Position numbers and translations under genes: made by a program. Under the pieces are notes generated by a model. The model was not told the DNA's origin. It searched no databases and saw only the letters and a program-made list of their open reading frames with translations. This document shows positions 11,244 to 21,051 of a stretch of DNA of 64,000 nt, one piece after another. Source of the stretch: Clostridia bacterium. Its GTDB lineage: Bacteria; Bacillota; Clostridia; TANB77; CAG-508. The stretch is taken from the NCBI GenBank assembly GCA_017934475.1, contig JAGBJN010000006.1:64437-128436 (forward strand), written 5' to 3'. How positions within the stretch are numbered: position 1 is the first letter of the stretch; the number at the start of each line of letters is the position of its first letter.

Positions 11244-11687
11244 TTACATATCTTTTATTTTTGTTAATTCTTCGATATTTTTCTTAGGTTCTTTTAATAC
11301 AATTGCATCTATTCCATATAAGTTCCTAATTTTCTCTTTTGCTTTTCCAGCATTACCACTTGCACTATATAAAACAAATGATAAATCTTTATCCTTAAAG
11401 TCCAATAAACTAATTACTTTATTAATAGGTGCACTTAATCTATCATTCCATATTGGAGATCCTATTACAATTTTGTCATAATTAGTAATGTCAGTATCAA
11501 AGTCTAATAATTTATCTTTCTTATTAAACGTTGATTTATAACCTCCAATCATCATTAATAAAAATTTACTTTTAGGGTATTTACATTTGCTAATTACTTT
11601 TCTTATATCATAATCTTTTTCTTTAAAAAAATCTGCAACTTTATCACCATTATTAGTTAAACTAAAATATATGAATATTTTTTTCAT
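11244..11687 (-). CDS. flavodoxin-like protein
   Basis: 147 aa; IFIYFSLTNNG and VIGSPIW patterns. Confidence 0.55.
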   Translation of the reverse strand: MKKIFIYFSLTNNGDKVADFFKEKDYDIRKVISKCKYPKSKFLLMMIGGYKSTFNKKDKLLDFDTDITNYDKIVIGSPIWNDRLSAPINKVISLLDFKDKDLSFVLYSASGNAGKAKEKIRNLYGIDAIVLKEPKKNIEELTKIKDM

Positions 11688-11717
11688 ATTATCATCTCCA
11701 CTATGGAATTTTATAAT

Positions 11718-12473
11718 TTATAATTTGTCATATTCTTCATCAGATACTGGCTCACACCATTCGTTTGAAGTATTTTCTCCTGGTATTTCAACAGCAATAT
11801 GACTAAACCAAAAATCTTTCTTAGCGCCATGCCAATGTTTTACATTAGAAGGTATTACAACAATATCTCCTACTTTTAAACTTCTTGCTTCTTTCCCCTC
11901 TTCTTGATACCATCCTTCTCCTTCAACACATATTAACACTTGTCCTCCGCCTTTACTTGCATGATGTATATGCCAATTATTTCTACATCTAGGTTCAAAA
12001 GTTACATTTGCAAAACTAACTTCTGAGTCTGTTTTATCTAGCATTTTTAAATATGAATTTCCAATAAAATATTGTGCATAGTTTACATTTGGTTCTCCCA
12101 TTCCAAATCCGCCACCATGTGTAGTGCCTCTGTCTATGTCTTTATTTTGTATTTCATCCGCATAAACTTCTTTTATAATATTAAATACTGCCCATGCATT
12201 TGGCCATCCTGCATAAAAAGCAGCATGTGTTACTATTTCTACCATTTCAGACAATGTTATTCCATTCTTTTTAGCATTTATTATATGATATTTTAAAGAA
12301 TTATCAACTAGTCCTTTTCCCATAAAAACACATATAGTAACTAAACTTCTATCTCTTAAAGATAATTTGTCTTCTCTTGACCATACCTCTCCAAATAATA
12401 CATCATCATTTAGTTCTGCAAATTTTTCAGCAAAATCACCTAATTGATCATGTCCAGCTGTTTGTCTGACCAT
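11718..12473 (-). CDS. carboxymuconolactone decarboxylase-family + cupin fusion protein
   Basis: The N-terminal half resembles the CMD/AhpD-like fold (GEVWSRE..LSLRDRSL). The C-terminal half has cupin His motifs (WHIHH..GDIV.IP..V.HWHGA). Confidence 0.65.
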   Translation of the reverse strand: MVRQTAGHDQLGDFAEKFAELNDDVLFGEVWSREDKLSLRDRSLVTICVFMGKGLVDNSLKYHIINAKKNGITLSEMVEIVTHAAFYAGWPNAWAVFNIIKEVYADEIQNKDIDRGTTHGGGFGMGEPNVNYAQYFIGNSYLKMLDKTDSEVSFANVTFEPRCRNNWHIHHASKGGGQVLICVEGEGWYQEEGKEARSLKVGDIVVIPSNVKHWHGAKKDFWFSHIAVEIPGENTSNEWCEPVSDEEYDKL

Positions 12474-12493
12474 TTCATATTCCTCCTTTTTAT

Positions 12494-12634
12494 TTATTTT
12501 TCTTCATATTCTATAAATTTTTCAACTCTCATTTTTAATTCATACTTATTTCTAAAATCTGCTATTTGTTTCATCATTTTAGATTTATGATGTAAAACTA
12601 ATGCTTCCTCATTTTTCCATTTATCAATTAACAT
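12494..12634 (-). pseudogene. 46-aa remnant of an ABM (antibiotic biosynthesis monooxygenase-like) domain
   Basis: Own translation: MLIDKWKNEEALVLHHKSKMMKQIADFRNKYELKMRVEKFIEYEEK. It looks like only the C-terminal half of an ABM domain, and there is no good RBS. Confidence 0.3.
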
Positions 12635-12656
12635 TACTGTTTCATTCTTCCTCTTT

Positions 12657-13319
12657 TTAGATATTTAGTGTTTTAACCCAACTTAATACATCATCTTTTG
12701 AATTTGTTAATCTTTTTCCTGAAATCCAATTAATTCCTTCATATTTTTTTAATGTATTTTCACTTTCTGTTATTGATGAACTACCAGATGTGCAAAAAGG
12801 TATAACTGTTTTTCCTTTTAGTTCATGGCTTTCCATAAAGGTTTGTATTATTCTTGGAGTATCTCCCCACCATATTGGATATCCTAAAAATATAACATTA
12901 TAATTTGATACATCTATATTATTTCCTATTTCAGGTCTTGCATTTTTATCATTTTGTTCTTTAGTTGCTCTACTATTGCTGTTATTATACGTTAAATCTT
13001 CGTCAGTATATTTTTCCTTAGGAATAATCTCAAATATATCTGCTTTCATTTCATCTTTTATAAATTCTGCTACATTTCTTGTTGTACCAGTTGCTGAAAA
13101 ATAAACAACAGCAACTTTTTTATCTAATGTATCCTCTTTTTTTACTGTATTTTGATTTTGTATATTATTATTTTCTTCTATTTTTGAAGAACTTGAAGTA
13201 TTTTCTTCTTTATTACTTTCTTCTTTATTTGAGCTTATAGAATTTATAATAAAATATCCTCCCACACTTAAAACTACTACTAAAACTGCAATAAGCAGAG
13301 CTATTATTTTCTTATCCAT
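12657..13319 (-). CDS. membrane-anchored flavodoxin
   Basis: N-terminal TM helix, low-complexity linker, then VAVVYFSATGTTRNVAEFI and GYPIWWG flavodoxin motifs. Confidence 0.7.
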   Translation of the reverse strand: MDKKIIALLIAVLVVVLSVGGYFIINSISSNKEESNKEENTSSSSKIEENNNIQNQNTVKKEDTLDKKVAVVYFSATGTTRNVAEFIKDEMKADIFEIIPKEKYTDEDLTYNNSNSRATKEQNDKNARPEIGNNIDVSNYNVIFLGYPIWWGDTPRIIQTFMESHELKGKTVIPFCTSGSSSITESENTLKKYEGINWISGKRLTNSKDDVLSWVKTLNI

Positions 13320-13488
13320 TTAAATTACCTCTTTTTTGTAAAATATTTTTTATATGGTTATTATATAATAACATTTTTAAAATTAAAATATTTTTTATGA
13401 TATTTCCCCAGTTCTTAAAATATTATTATTTTTAAAAAAATAAATGCATTCACTTTTTAGTAAATGCATTTACTTTATTTATATATTT

Positions 13489-13638
13489 TTATTTGTTCTC
13501 CATATATTTTTTTGCTTCTTCTTCTGAAATTTCTTTCATTGTCTCATTACAGCATTTTATGCCACAATTATCGCATTTGCATTCAATTAAAATCTTAACC
13601 ATAGCACCACATTTTTCGCATCTTGCATATTTTTCCAT
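13489..13638 (-). CDS. 49-aa desulforedoxin-like Cys-rich protein (below ORF-track cutoff)
   Basis: Own translation: MEKYARCEKCGAMVKILIECKCDNCGIKCCNETMKEISEEEAKKYMENK. It shows the CxxC...CC pattern of desulforedoxin, and AAAGGAG lies 8 nt upstream. Confidence 0.55.
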   Translation of the reverse strand: MEKYARCEKCGAMVKILIECKCDNCGIKCCNETMKEISEEEAKKYMENK

Positions 13639-13673
13639 ATTATATCACTCCTTTCTTATATTTATTCGATTTA

Positions 13674-13973
13674 TTATTTATTAAATCTTTTAAACAAACT
13701 AATTAATTCATCAATAGTATCAAAATCTCCATTTTCTAGATCTCTTGTTACACAATTATATAAATGATTTTCTAATATATGATTTGATAAACTTTGAATA
13801 GAATTTTGGGCTGCCTTTAGTTGTATTAAAACATCATTACAATAAGTGTCATTATCTATCATTTTCTTTATTCCTGTAATTTGTCCATTAATTCTATTTA
13901 ATCTATTAATTATTAGTTTCTTTTCATCTTCTCCTCTTTTAGTCTTTTTAGCACAACAATTATTTTCCTTCAT
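13674..13973 (-). CDS. CsoR/RcnR/FrmR-family metal-sensing transcriptional repressor
   Basis: 99 aa with the RLNRINGQI..I.KMI..D.YC.DVL.Q..A helical pattern and C..H..C ligand positions. Confidence 0.8.
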   Translation of the reverse strand: MKENNCCAKKTKRGEDEKKLIINRLNRINGQITGIKKMIDNDTYCNDVLIQLKAAQNSIQSLSNHILENHLYNCVTRDLENGDFDTIDELISLFKRFNK

Positions 13974-14127
13974 TTCATACCTCCAAAATAATTATATACC
14001 CTTACAGGTATTTTGTAAATAATAGGGTATATATTAAAATCTATTGATTTTTAGGTATATTTAAAACAAATAGAGAGTAATTATATAATTACTCTCTTAT
14101 TCTCTCTTATTTTCCTTTTTTTATTTA

Positions 14128-14775
14128 TTAGTCATTAAAAACTAAATTTTGCCAATAGATTTTAGCAACCTTACCATCTTTATCAATTGTAAAATCATAT
14201 GATCTATATACTTTGCTTGATTTATATGTATATTTTGTATATCCTAGGCCTTCAGCAAAATATGTATCCTCAGTTTTTCCAAATACTTTTTCAACATCTT
14301 CTAATGTAGAACCTAACTTTATTCCTCCAGCTACTTCTACATTTAAATCTAATACTTCTTGAGGAATTTTAGAATATTCATATTCTCCTACTTCACATCC
14401 ACCAATAACAGCATCTGCTACTGTAATTGTTTCTGTTGTTGCATTATATGGTGTTAAATTTAAAACTCTTTTTCCTGCATCATTTTGTATTGCACCAGCA
14501 CCAATCATATAAGTATGTGTTTTAACTTTTTCTTCTAAAACTTTATCTGATTGTTTTAATCCAATTTCTTTTAAAGTTGAAATTTTATCTCCTGCTTTGT
14601 ATTTTTTACCTTTAACTGAGATATAGTAATTATCGTTGTTATCAATTGCATTTACTTCTTTCTTTTCAGTAACTGCTGTTTCACCATTTCCTTTATTATT
14701 GTCACATCCTGTTAAAATAAATAATCCTGCACCTAATAATATAGCTATTAGTGCTACACTTAATATTTTTTTCAT
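14128..14775 (-). CDS. lipoprotein, unknown function
   Basis: Signal peptide ending in the LTGC lipobox. Confidence 0.7.
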   Translation of the reverse strand: MKKILSVALIAILLGAGLFILTGCDNNKGNGETAVTEKKEVNAIDNNDNYYISVKGKKYKAGDKISTLKEIGLKQSDKVLEEKVKTHTYMIGAGAIQNDAGKRVLNLTPYNATTETITVADAVIGGCEVGEYEYSKIPQEVLDLNVEVAGGIKLGSTLEDVEKVFGKTEDTYFAEGLGYTKYTYKSSKVYRSYDFTIDKDGKVAKIYWQNLVFND

Positions 14776-14813
14776 AATTTTCTCCTTTCATTAAAACATG
14801 ATTTTCTCAAGTT

Positions 14814-15446
14814 TTATTTAACTAATTTTATTGAATTTAATAGATATTGGAAATCATCTGAGTTAACATATTTAACTACATCAAAATCCTTAGCTGCTAA
14901 ATTATTTCCTTGTTCTATTTCTATTTGAACATAAGTGTAAACATCATCTTCTAGTTCCTCTAAGAATAGTTGTGTTCTATAAAATACAGTGTTGTCACTA
15001 AGGTGACTAAATACTTGCCATCCTTCATATCCATTTACCTTATATTTAGAGAAGTCAAAATATTTATCATCAGAAAAATCTTCCTTCTCTAATTTTCCTG
15101 AAGATCTGTTACTTGCATAAAGTTTTCCATTAGAAAAATCTAAACGAATAGATACACCATCTTTTGTTCTAAATAAATATTGATATGTTCTACCAGTTAA
15201 TATTTTTTCAAAATCAGAATCTTTAACAAATGAAAATGTAGCTTGTGCTTTATCATTTAATGATTTTAAATTATATGTTTGAACCTCTTTAGTATATTTG
15301 CTTGTATCAAACTTTAACTCTCTTATTGAGCTTTCTTTTGCTGAATTTTGATTTGTTTCTACTTGTTCATTTCCACATCCTGTTAAAACAAATAACCCTG
15401 TTACTAAAAGCATTACAACTAATACAAGATTTAATATTCTTTTCAT
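14814..15446 (-). CDS. lipoprotein, unknown function
   Basis: Signal peptide ending in the LTGC lipobox. Confidence 0.7.
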   Translation of the reverse strand: MKRILNLVLVVMLLVTGLFVLTGCGNEQVETNQNSAKESSIRELKFDTSKYTKEVQTYNLKSLNDKAQATFSFVKDSDFEKILTGRTYQYLFRTKDGVSIRLDFSNGKLYASNRSSGKLEKEDFSDDKYFDFSKYKVNGYEGWQVFSHLSDNTVFYRTQLFLEELEDDVYTYVQIEIEQGNNLAAKDFDVVKYVNSDDFQYLLNSIKLVK

Positions 15447-15583
15447 ATGTATCCCCCCTTTTTTTATTTTTAAACTATGTAATATTTTATATCATACAAT
15501 AAAAAATAATTCAATAAAAATAAATAATTCTATATTAAAATTTTGAATCGTTTTGACTTTTATTGCATCTTAAAGTATTGCAA

Positions 15584-16219
15584 TTAATCTTCTTTTATAT
15601 AAAAAGATCTTAATAAACCATAATTAAATAATTTATGTTTTTTAGGTACTTCTTTTAAAACATAGTAAATGTTTGATACATCTCCCATAGCGACAATTGT
15701 CATTAATAAGAAAATCATCACTACTGCAATATTATATGGCATTGGAATTATATTAGGTAATAAAAGCCATATTATAAACGGAATAATTCCTAATATGAAC
15801 ATTGGTGCTAAAACCATGATTATATATCTTTTTTTGCTAATAGCATCCTCACAATATACAAAATATGCTCCGTCTTTTTTAGATTTCCATATTTCTTTTT
15901 GACTTTTAAGTGGATAAAAAAGTGCATGAATAACTTCATGAACAAATGTTAATAAATAAACCGATATTATAACAATAAAAAAAGAAACTATAACTTCTAT
16001 ATTCATTGATAAATGATAATCTAAATCCTTAACTTTAAAATATATTAATACTATCATTAATATAAATAGTGGTAGTATCATTAGAAAACCTTTTCCTAAT
16101 TCATTTTTTATACTTTTAATTTTTCCAAATTCTTCAGCATTCTTAGGTATTTCCCTCTTTATAAGTTGTTCATCTGAAATATAATTTCCTTTGTATTTAA
16201 TATTAAACATATTCTTCAC
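15584..16219 (-). CDS. DUF3267-like membrane zincin (putative metalloprotease)
   Basis: HEVIHALF (HExxH) within a multi-TM protein. Confidence 0.55.
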   Translation of the reverse strand: MKNMFNIKYKGNYISDEQLIKREIPKNAEEFGKIKSIKNELGKGFLMILPLFILMIVLIYFKVKDLDYHLSMNIEVIVSFFIVIISVYLLTFVHEVIHALFYPLKSQKEIWKSKKDGAYFVYCEDAISKKRYIIMVLAPMFILGIIPFIIWLLLPNIIPMPYNIAVVMIFLLMTIVAMGDVSNIYYVLKEVPKKHKLFNYGLLRSFYIKED

Positions 16220-16278
16220 CTCGATAGCTATTATAACATAAAAATATGTCTATATATAAAATTCAATATTTACACATC

Positions 16279-16761
16279 TTATTTTACTAAATTACATACC
16301 ATTATGTATTCTTCTTCATTTTCATTAATTATTTCAAACCCAACTCTTTTATACATCTTAACAGCATAATTTTCTTTTTGAACTGCAAGAGAAGCTTGCT
16401 TATAACCTTTTTTCTTTAATAATTCCAACATTTTTAGCATCAGATTTGTTCCTATACCTTTTCCTCTATAATCTTCATATAAAGATATTGCAAAAGAAGG
16501 TGTAGAATTATCAATATGTCCATAGTCATTCATTATTCTTGTCCAACAAGCTCCTACAATTTTATTATTATATTCTGCTACAAGACAATTATCATCATTT
16601 TTATTTCCAAAATCTTCTATATAAACTTGTAAGTCCTTGTTTTTAATAATATCTTTTGATGGTTTCTCTACTCCTACCGGAATATAAATTGCTTCATATA
16701 AAAAGTCTTCTAAATATTTATATTCTTCTTTTTCTATCTCTCTAATTGTTATATTATTCAT
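16279..16761 (-). CDS. GNAT family N-acetyltransferase
   Basis: YRGKGIGTNLM acetyl-CoA-binding motif. Start moved to MNNITIRE. Confidence 0.8.
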   Translation of the reverse strand: MNNITIREIEKEEYKYLEDFLYEAIYIPVGVEKPSKDIIKNKDLQVYIEDFGNKNDDNCLVAEYNNKIVGACWTRIMNDYGHIDNSTPSFAISLYEDYRGKGIGTNLMLKMLELLKKKGYKQASLAVQKENYAVKMYKRVGFEIINENEEEYIMVCNLVK

Positions 16762-16776
16762 AATCTCAACTCCCAT

Positions 16777-17409
16777 TTAATTTTCAAAAACCTTAAATCC
16801 ATATATTCCTAAAATTCCTGTAAATATTACAGCACTATATGTACTAAACCTTTCAAATATACCAAATATTTCTTTTGAAACATTTTGACTTCCTACTGCA
16901 CCTATAAACATTAAAATTAAAGATATTATTGCAAGTATTCCTAATAATTTATGTTTATTTTCTCCTTTTAAAGATCCAATTGCAATTAATATTAAAGATA
17001 TAATTGATACTAATACAACTATTGCAGTTAAAACATAAACATGTATTATAGATTGAATACTGCCATCAAATCCACTACTTGATAATGGAAATAAAGCATA
17101 TCCAATTGCAGATATAAGATTCATTATTGAAAACAAATACACTCCAATTCTTAATGTCTTTTTCTTTTCATTTTTTACTAATATACATATAATAGCAGAG
17201 CATAAACAACTAAGTATTTTATATACCGTTACAAAACCACTCGCAATAACAAACGATGGAGCATCTGTCGCTGTTAAATCACTAACTGCTTGACCCATCC
17301 AGTTATAACTTGGATAATTCATTCCTCCTACTATATCATGCAATAAATAAAATATTATACTTAAAATTCCACTTAAACATAACCAGTTAATTAGATTTTT
17401 CTTTTTCAT
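16777..17409 (-). CDS. multi-pass membrane protein (DUF998-like)
   Basis: About six predicted TM helices; 210 aa. Confidence 0.4.
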   Translation of the reverse strand: MKKKNLINWLCLSGILSIIFYLLHDIVGGMNYPSYNWMGQAVSDLTATDAPSFVIASGFVTVYKILSCLCSAIICILVKNEKKKTLRIGVYLFSIMNLISAIGYALFPLSSSGFDGSIQSIIHVYVLTAIVVLVSIISLILIAIGSLKGENKHKLLGILAIISLILMFIGAVGSQNVSKEIFGIFERFSTYSAVIFTGILGIYGFKVFEN

Positions 17410-17414
17410 TTTTA

Positions 17415-18002
17415 TTACTCCTTACTATATTGATTACAAAACCATTCTATATAATTTTGTATCATTTTTTTATCAAATTTTTTATTTATATTTATACAAT
17501 CAAATTCATAATCAATTAAAGAATGAATTGTCATTGCAAATGAAGTAGCTGCAATATCAATATTTTCAAAATACATTTTTTTATTTTTTTGTAAGACATT
17601 AAATAATCCTTTGGTAGCTTCAATCATTTTATTAGTCTCATCAACAAGAATTTGTGTAGCTTCTAAATTTATTGATCTTTCAGAATAAATAACTTTGTAA
17701 AATTTAACCATTCTTTCATCAGTAACCATTTTTTTATAATTCATAACTGATTGAAATAATAGTTCTTTAGCACTTTTACTTTCTATATAATCAATATTAT
17801 TAAATGATATGTTTTCTTTTGATTTATCTCTAAGAAATTGATACATTTCTTTTATTAAAACTTCTTTTGATTTAAAATGATTATATAAAGAAGGCTTTTT
17901 TATTCCAACTTTTTCAGCGATTTGATTCATTGATAAACTTTTCAATCCATATTCTGACGCTAATTCTAGTGTTGCACATATGATTTCTTCTTTTCTACTC
18001 AT
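17415..18002 (-). CDS. TetR/AcrR family transcriptional regulator
   Basis: N-terminal HTH: LSMNQIAEKVGIKKPSLYNHFKSKE. Confidence 0.85.
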   Translation of the reverse strand: MSRKEEIICATLELASEYGLKSLSMNQIAEKVGIKKPSLYNHFKSKEVLIKEMYQFLRDKSKENISFNNIDYIESKSAKELLFQSVMNYKKMVTDERMVKFYKVIYSERSINLEATQILVDETNKMIEATKGLFNVLQKNKKMYFENIDIAATSFAMTIHSLIDYEFDCININKKFDKKMIQNYIEWFCNQYSKE

Positions 18003-18064
18003 ATAATCTCTCCTTTATTTTCGTCATTATACTACCGTTCGGTAGTATTGTCAATATAAAAAAA

Positions 18065-18090
18065 GAAGCTGATTTTTTTTAATCAACTTC
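18065..18090 (-). terminator. rho-independent terminator
   Basis: Stem gaagctgat / atcaacttc, with a T-run on the minus-strand transcript 3' of the stop at 18115. Confidence 0.6.
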
Positions 18091-18114
18091 AAAAATTTCT
18101 AAATAAGATTTTTA

Positions 18115-19116
18115 TTATTGCTCTTTATCTGGAATCAATAATACATCATCAGGTATAAATATTAAGGTTGCCTTTGTATTATTTACTTTACTTTGTCTAA
18201 TTCCTACACAAGTACAATATTCGTATTTGTAATTTCTTTTTTTATCTCTTATCTTTATTACATTATCATTTACACTATTTACAATTGCATGATAAGCTAT
18301 ATACTGACGTTTATGAACGATTCTAAGTTTATATATAGCATTTGTTATGTAATATGCAAATATTGGTATCCAAAAGGTGATAAGAAAAACTGAAATAAAG
18401 AATGCTGGTCCATCAGCTCTTTCTGCTTTTACATGTGCAATTGCTGTAACAATATTTCCTGGCTCTACACCTTCATTACCTCCTGACATATTAAAAAAAG
18501 TAATACCAAGAAAAAGTATAATACATACTGCAACAAACTGTATATTTAAAAGTTGTTCTTTAATAACTGCAAAATATATTTTTCTTTCAAGATTAGCAAC
18601 AGACTTCATTCTATAAAAATCTTTTGAATTATCAACACTTCCAAGATTTCCCCTCTTATAGAAAATCTTTTCCCAATCCTTCATATCATTTAATGCATAT
18701 TTAATAATATTTGGTGTAGTTATAATTCCAATAAAAAGATAAGTTATTATACCAAAAATCATACAATATGTTTCATCTTCTTCAAATGCAAATGAAATTA
18801 ATACAGTTGCAGAAGTCATCAATATCGGTATAAAATAAATTAATGTCTTATCCAGATACCATTTAAAATTTTTTTCTTTTTTATTATCATTATAATATTT
18901 AAGTAAAACCCTTAAACATATAAAACCAATTATTCCAATTACTAATGTAATAGACATTGAAATTACAAATTCAAACATAAATTCATTATTTTTAAATATA
19001 GTCCAAGATAAATACTTAAGTGAGAATGCCAAAAAGATTCCCGAAAAGATTAATGAACAACTTAAAAATAATATTGCAATAAACTTCTTTCCTGTTGAAA
19101 GTTCCTTTTTTTCCAA
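18115..19116 (-). CDS. multi-pass membrane protein, unknown function
   Basis: 333 aa with several hydrophobic segments. TTG start 9 nt after GGAGG. Confidence 0.5.
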   Translation of the reverse strand: MEKKELSTGKKFIAILFLSCSLIFSGIFLAFSLKYLSWTIFKNNEFMFEFVISMSITLVIGIIGFICLRVLLKYYNDNKKEKNFKWYLDKTLIYFIPILMTSATVLISFAFEEDETYCMIFGIITYLFIGIITTPNIIKYALNDMKDWEKIFYKRGNLGSVDNSKDFYRMKSVANLERKIYFAVIKEQLLNIQFVAVCIILFLGITFFNMSGGNEGVEPGNIVTAIAHVKAERADGPAFFISVFLITFWIPIFAYYITNAIYKLRIVHKRQYIAYHAIVNSVNDNVIKIRDKKRNYKYEYCTCVGIRQSKVNNTKATLIFIPDDVLLIPDKEQ

Positions 19117-19221
19117 TTAAAAATACCTCCATTCATATAAGCCAAATTTCTCTCGTTTCTGTATAATGTCACAAAACCAAATTTTCCCTCAATTTTTTAT
19201 AAATACTTTATATATGATTTT

Positions 19222-20730
19222 TTACTGTCCTTTATTAATCTTTATTCTATTTGGTAATATTCCAATTGCAGATTGTGGACAAACTAATCTGCACAACTGA
19301 CATCCAACACATTTTGAACCATCTATTGTTGGCTTCCTATCCTCATTAAATTTAATTGCGTTATGTCCACCATCCCTACATGAAATAAAGCATCTACCGC
19401 ATCCTATGCATTTTTCATAATTAAATTTTGGAAATTCAACTGTATCTTTTTCTAATTCATCATTATTAATTACATTAGCTTTAGATTTTCCAACAAAATC
19501 ACTAACTTTCTTAAAGTTTTTTTCTCTCATAAAGATTTTTAATCCTAATAATAAGTCTTCAATTATTCTATAGCCATATTCCATTATTGCAGTTGTTACT
19601 TGCACATTAGTACAACCAAGTAGCATAAATTCGACAGCATCTTTCCAAGTATAAATTCCTCCCATTCCACTATAGCATATACCATCAAGTTCATTACAAT
19701 TTACCATTTCCGCAATAAATCTTAGAGCTATTGGTTTTACTGCTTGACCAGAATATCCTCCTAATGCTGATTTACCATTTACTTGTGGTTCTGGAACAAA
19801 TGAATCTGTATCTATATTAGTTATGCTCTTAATTGTATTAATAGCGGCTATTCCATTTGCTCCGCCTTTTTTTGCTGCAATTGCAGGTTCACGCATATCT
19901 GTGATATTAGGTGTCATTTTGGCTAAAATTGGTATATTGGTATTTTCTCTAACTATTCTAGTATAATGTTCCACTAAATCTGGGTTTTGTCCAACATCGG
20001 AACCTGTACCTTTATGTTTCATATTTGGGCAAGAAAAATTAAGTTCTATTAAATCAGCACCTGCTTTTGTAACTTCTTTAGTTAAATACTCCCATTCTTT
20101 TTCATCTCTTCCCATAATAGATGCAATTATAACTTTAGTTGGAAATTCTTCTTTTAACATTTTAATCATATTCATATTTTCTTCTACTGAATGTTCTGAT
20201 AATTGTTCAATGTTCTTGAATCCTAAAAAAGTTCCATCCCAATCTTTCACAGCTGAAAATCTAGGAGAAGATTCATAAATTGGCATCATACAAATTGTCT
20301 TTGTTACAACGCCAGCCCATCCAAACTCAAGTGCTCTTTTGCACATTTCATATGTACTTCCAACTATAGAAGATGATAACATAAAAGGATTTTCAAGTTT
20401 TACTCCACATATCTCTGTACTTACATCAATATCTTCTATATTTTCTATTTTATCTGTTTCATTTATAAGATCTTTTATAATTTTATCAATATTAACATTT
20501 AATGGGCATTTTTGATTGCAAGTAGAATCTTTTTCAAAGCATTTTTCTTCATTTCTAATTAAACTACGAGCACCCTTTATATTATCAAACTTTATGGCTC
20601 TTATAATTCTTTCAGGGTTAATATTTTTATATAATTTTGAACATGGTGCATCATAGCAACATATGCATTTATGAACTTCCAACTTATTATATAGATTTTC
20701 ATCTATTACTTGATTCTTATTTTCATTCAT
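19222..20730 (-). CDS. PreA-like dihydropyrimidine/dihydroorotate dehydrogenase-family flavoprotein with N- and C-terminal Fe-S domains
   Basis: TIM-barrel DHOD/DPD core (ELNFSCPN, GGIAAINT), C-terminal 2x CxxCxxCxxxCP ferredoxin motifs and an N-terminal Cys-rich segment. Start moved to MNENKNQ (GGAGG RBS). Confidence 0.7.
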   Translation of the reverse strand: MNENKNQVIDENLYNKLEVHKCICCYDAPCSKLYKNINPERIIRAIKFDNIKGARSLIRNEEKCFEKDSTCNQKCPLNVNIDKIIKDLINETDKIENIEDIDVSTEICGVKLENPFMLSSSIVGSTYEMCKRALEFGWAGVVTKTICMMPIYESSPRFSAVKDWDGTFLGFKNIEQLSEHSVEENMNMIKMLKEEFPTKVIIASIMGRDEKEWEYLTKEVTKAGADLIELNFSCPNMKHKGTGSDVGQNPDLVEHYTRIVRENTNIPILAKMTPNITDMREPAIAAKKGGANGIAAINTIKSITNIDTDSFVPEPQVNGKSALGGYSGQAVKPIALRFIAEMVNCNELDGICYSGMGGIYTWKDAVEFMLLGCTNVQVTTAIMEYGYRIIEDLLLGLKIFMREKNFKKVSDFVGKSKANVINNDELEKDTVEFPKFNYEKCIGCGRCFISCRDGGHNAIKFNEDRKPTIDGSKCVGCQLCRLVCPQSAIGILPNRIKINKGQ

Positions 20731-20860
20731 ATAAATACCTCCATTAATATTATTTATAAATTTATTTTTTTCATTATACCCTATGTTAAAAAAAAATAAA
20801 AGATTGTTCTTGAATAATAAAGTATTACAGTAATATTTTTTCGTTGATAGCATGAAAACA

Positions 20861-20898
20861 AACCAAAACTATTAAACTTTTGTTTAATAGTTTTGGTT
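20861..20898 (-). terminator. perfect 17-bp hairpin (terminator or attenuator)
   Basis: aaccaaaactattaaac tttt gtttaatagttttggtt. It sits between the acyltransferase operon and the PreA-like gene. Confidence 0.6.
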
Positions 20899-20950
20899 CA
20901 CTTCATTTAATTATCTTTTTCTAATACCTTAATCATTATTTATAAAACAA

Positions 20951-20985
20951 ACTTGTATGCAATATTACAAAATTGTTAACATCAC
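20951..20985. repeat. copy 1 of a recurrent 35-nt intergenic element
   Basis: acttgtatgcaatattacaaaattgttaacatcac; 29/35 identical to the copy at 22468-22502. Confidence 0.6.
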
Positions 20986-21051
20986 CAAAATGTTGTTAAC
21001 AAGTTAGAATCTTTTACTTGTTCTGAATATCAAAATATTCTCTACATCCTC

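Noticed and set aside
18065-18090. Hairpin with the same GAAGCTGAT/ATCAACTTC stem as the ICE hairpin at 60080-60104, considered as a dispersed repeat family
   Set aside because: Only the 9-bp stem is shared, and the flanks differ. It is most simply a common intrinsic-terminator solution in AT-rich DNA.
20731-20853. 41-codon N-terminal extension of the PreA-like ORF in the track
   Set aside because: The extension is junk-like (MLSTKKYYCNTLLFKNNLLFFFN...). A GGAGG RBS precedes the internal MNENKNQ start.
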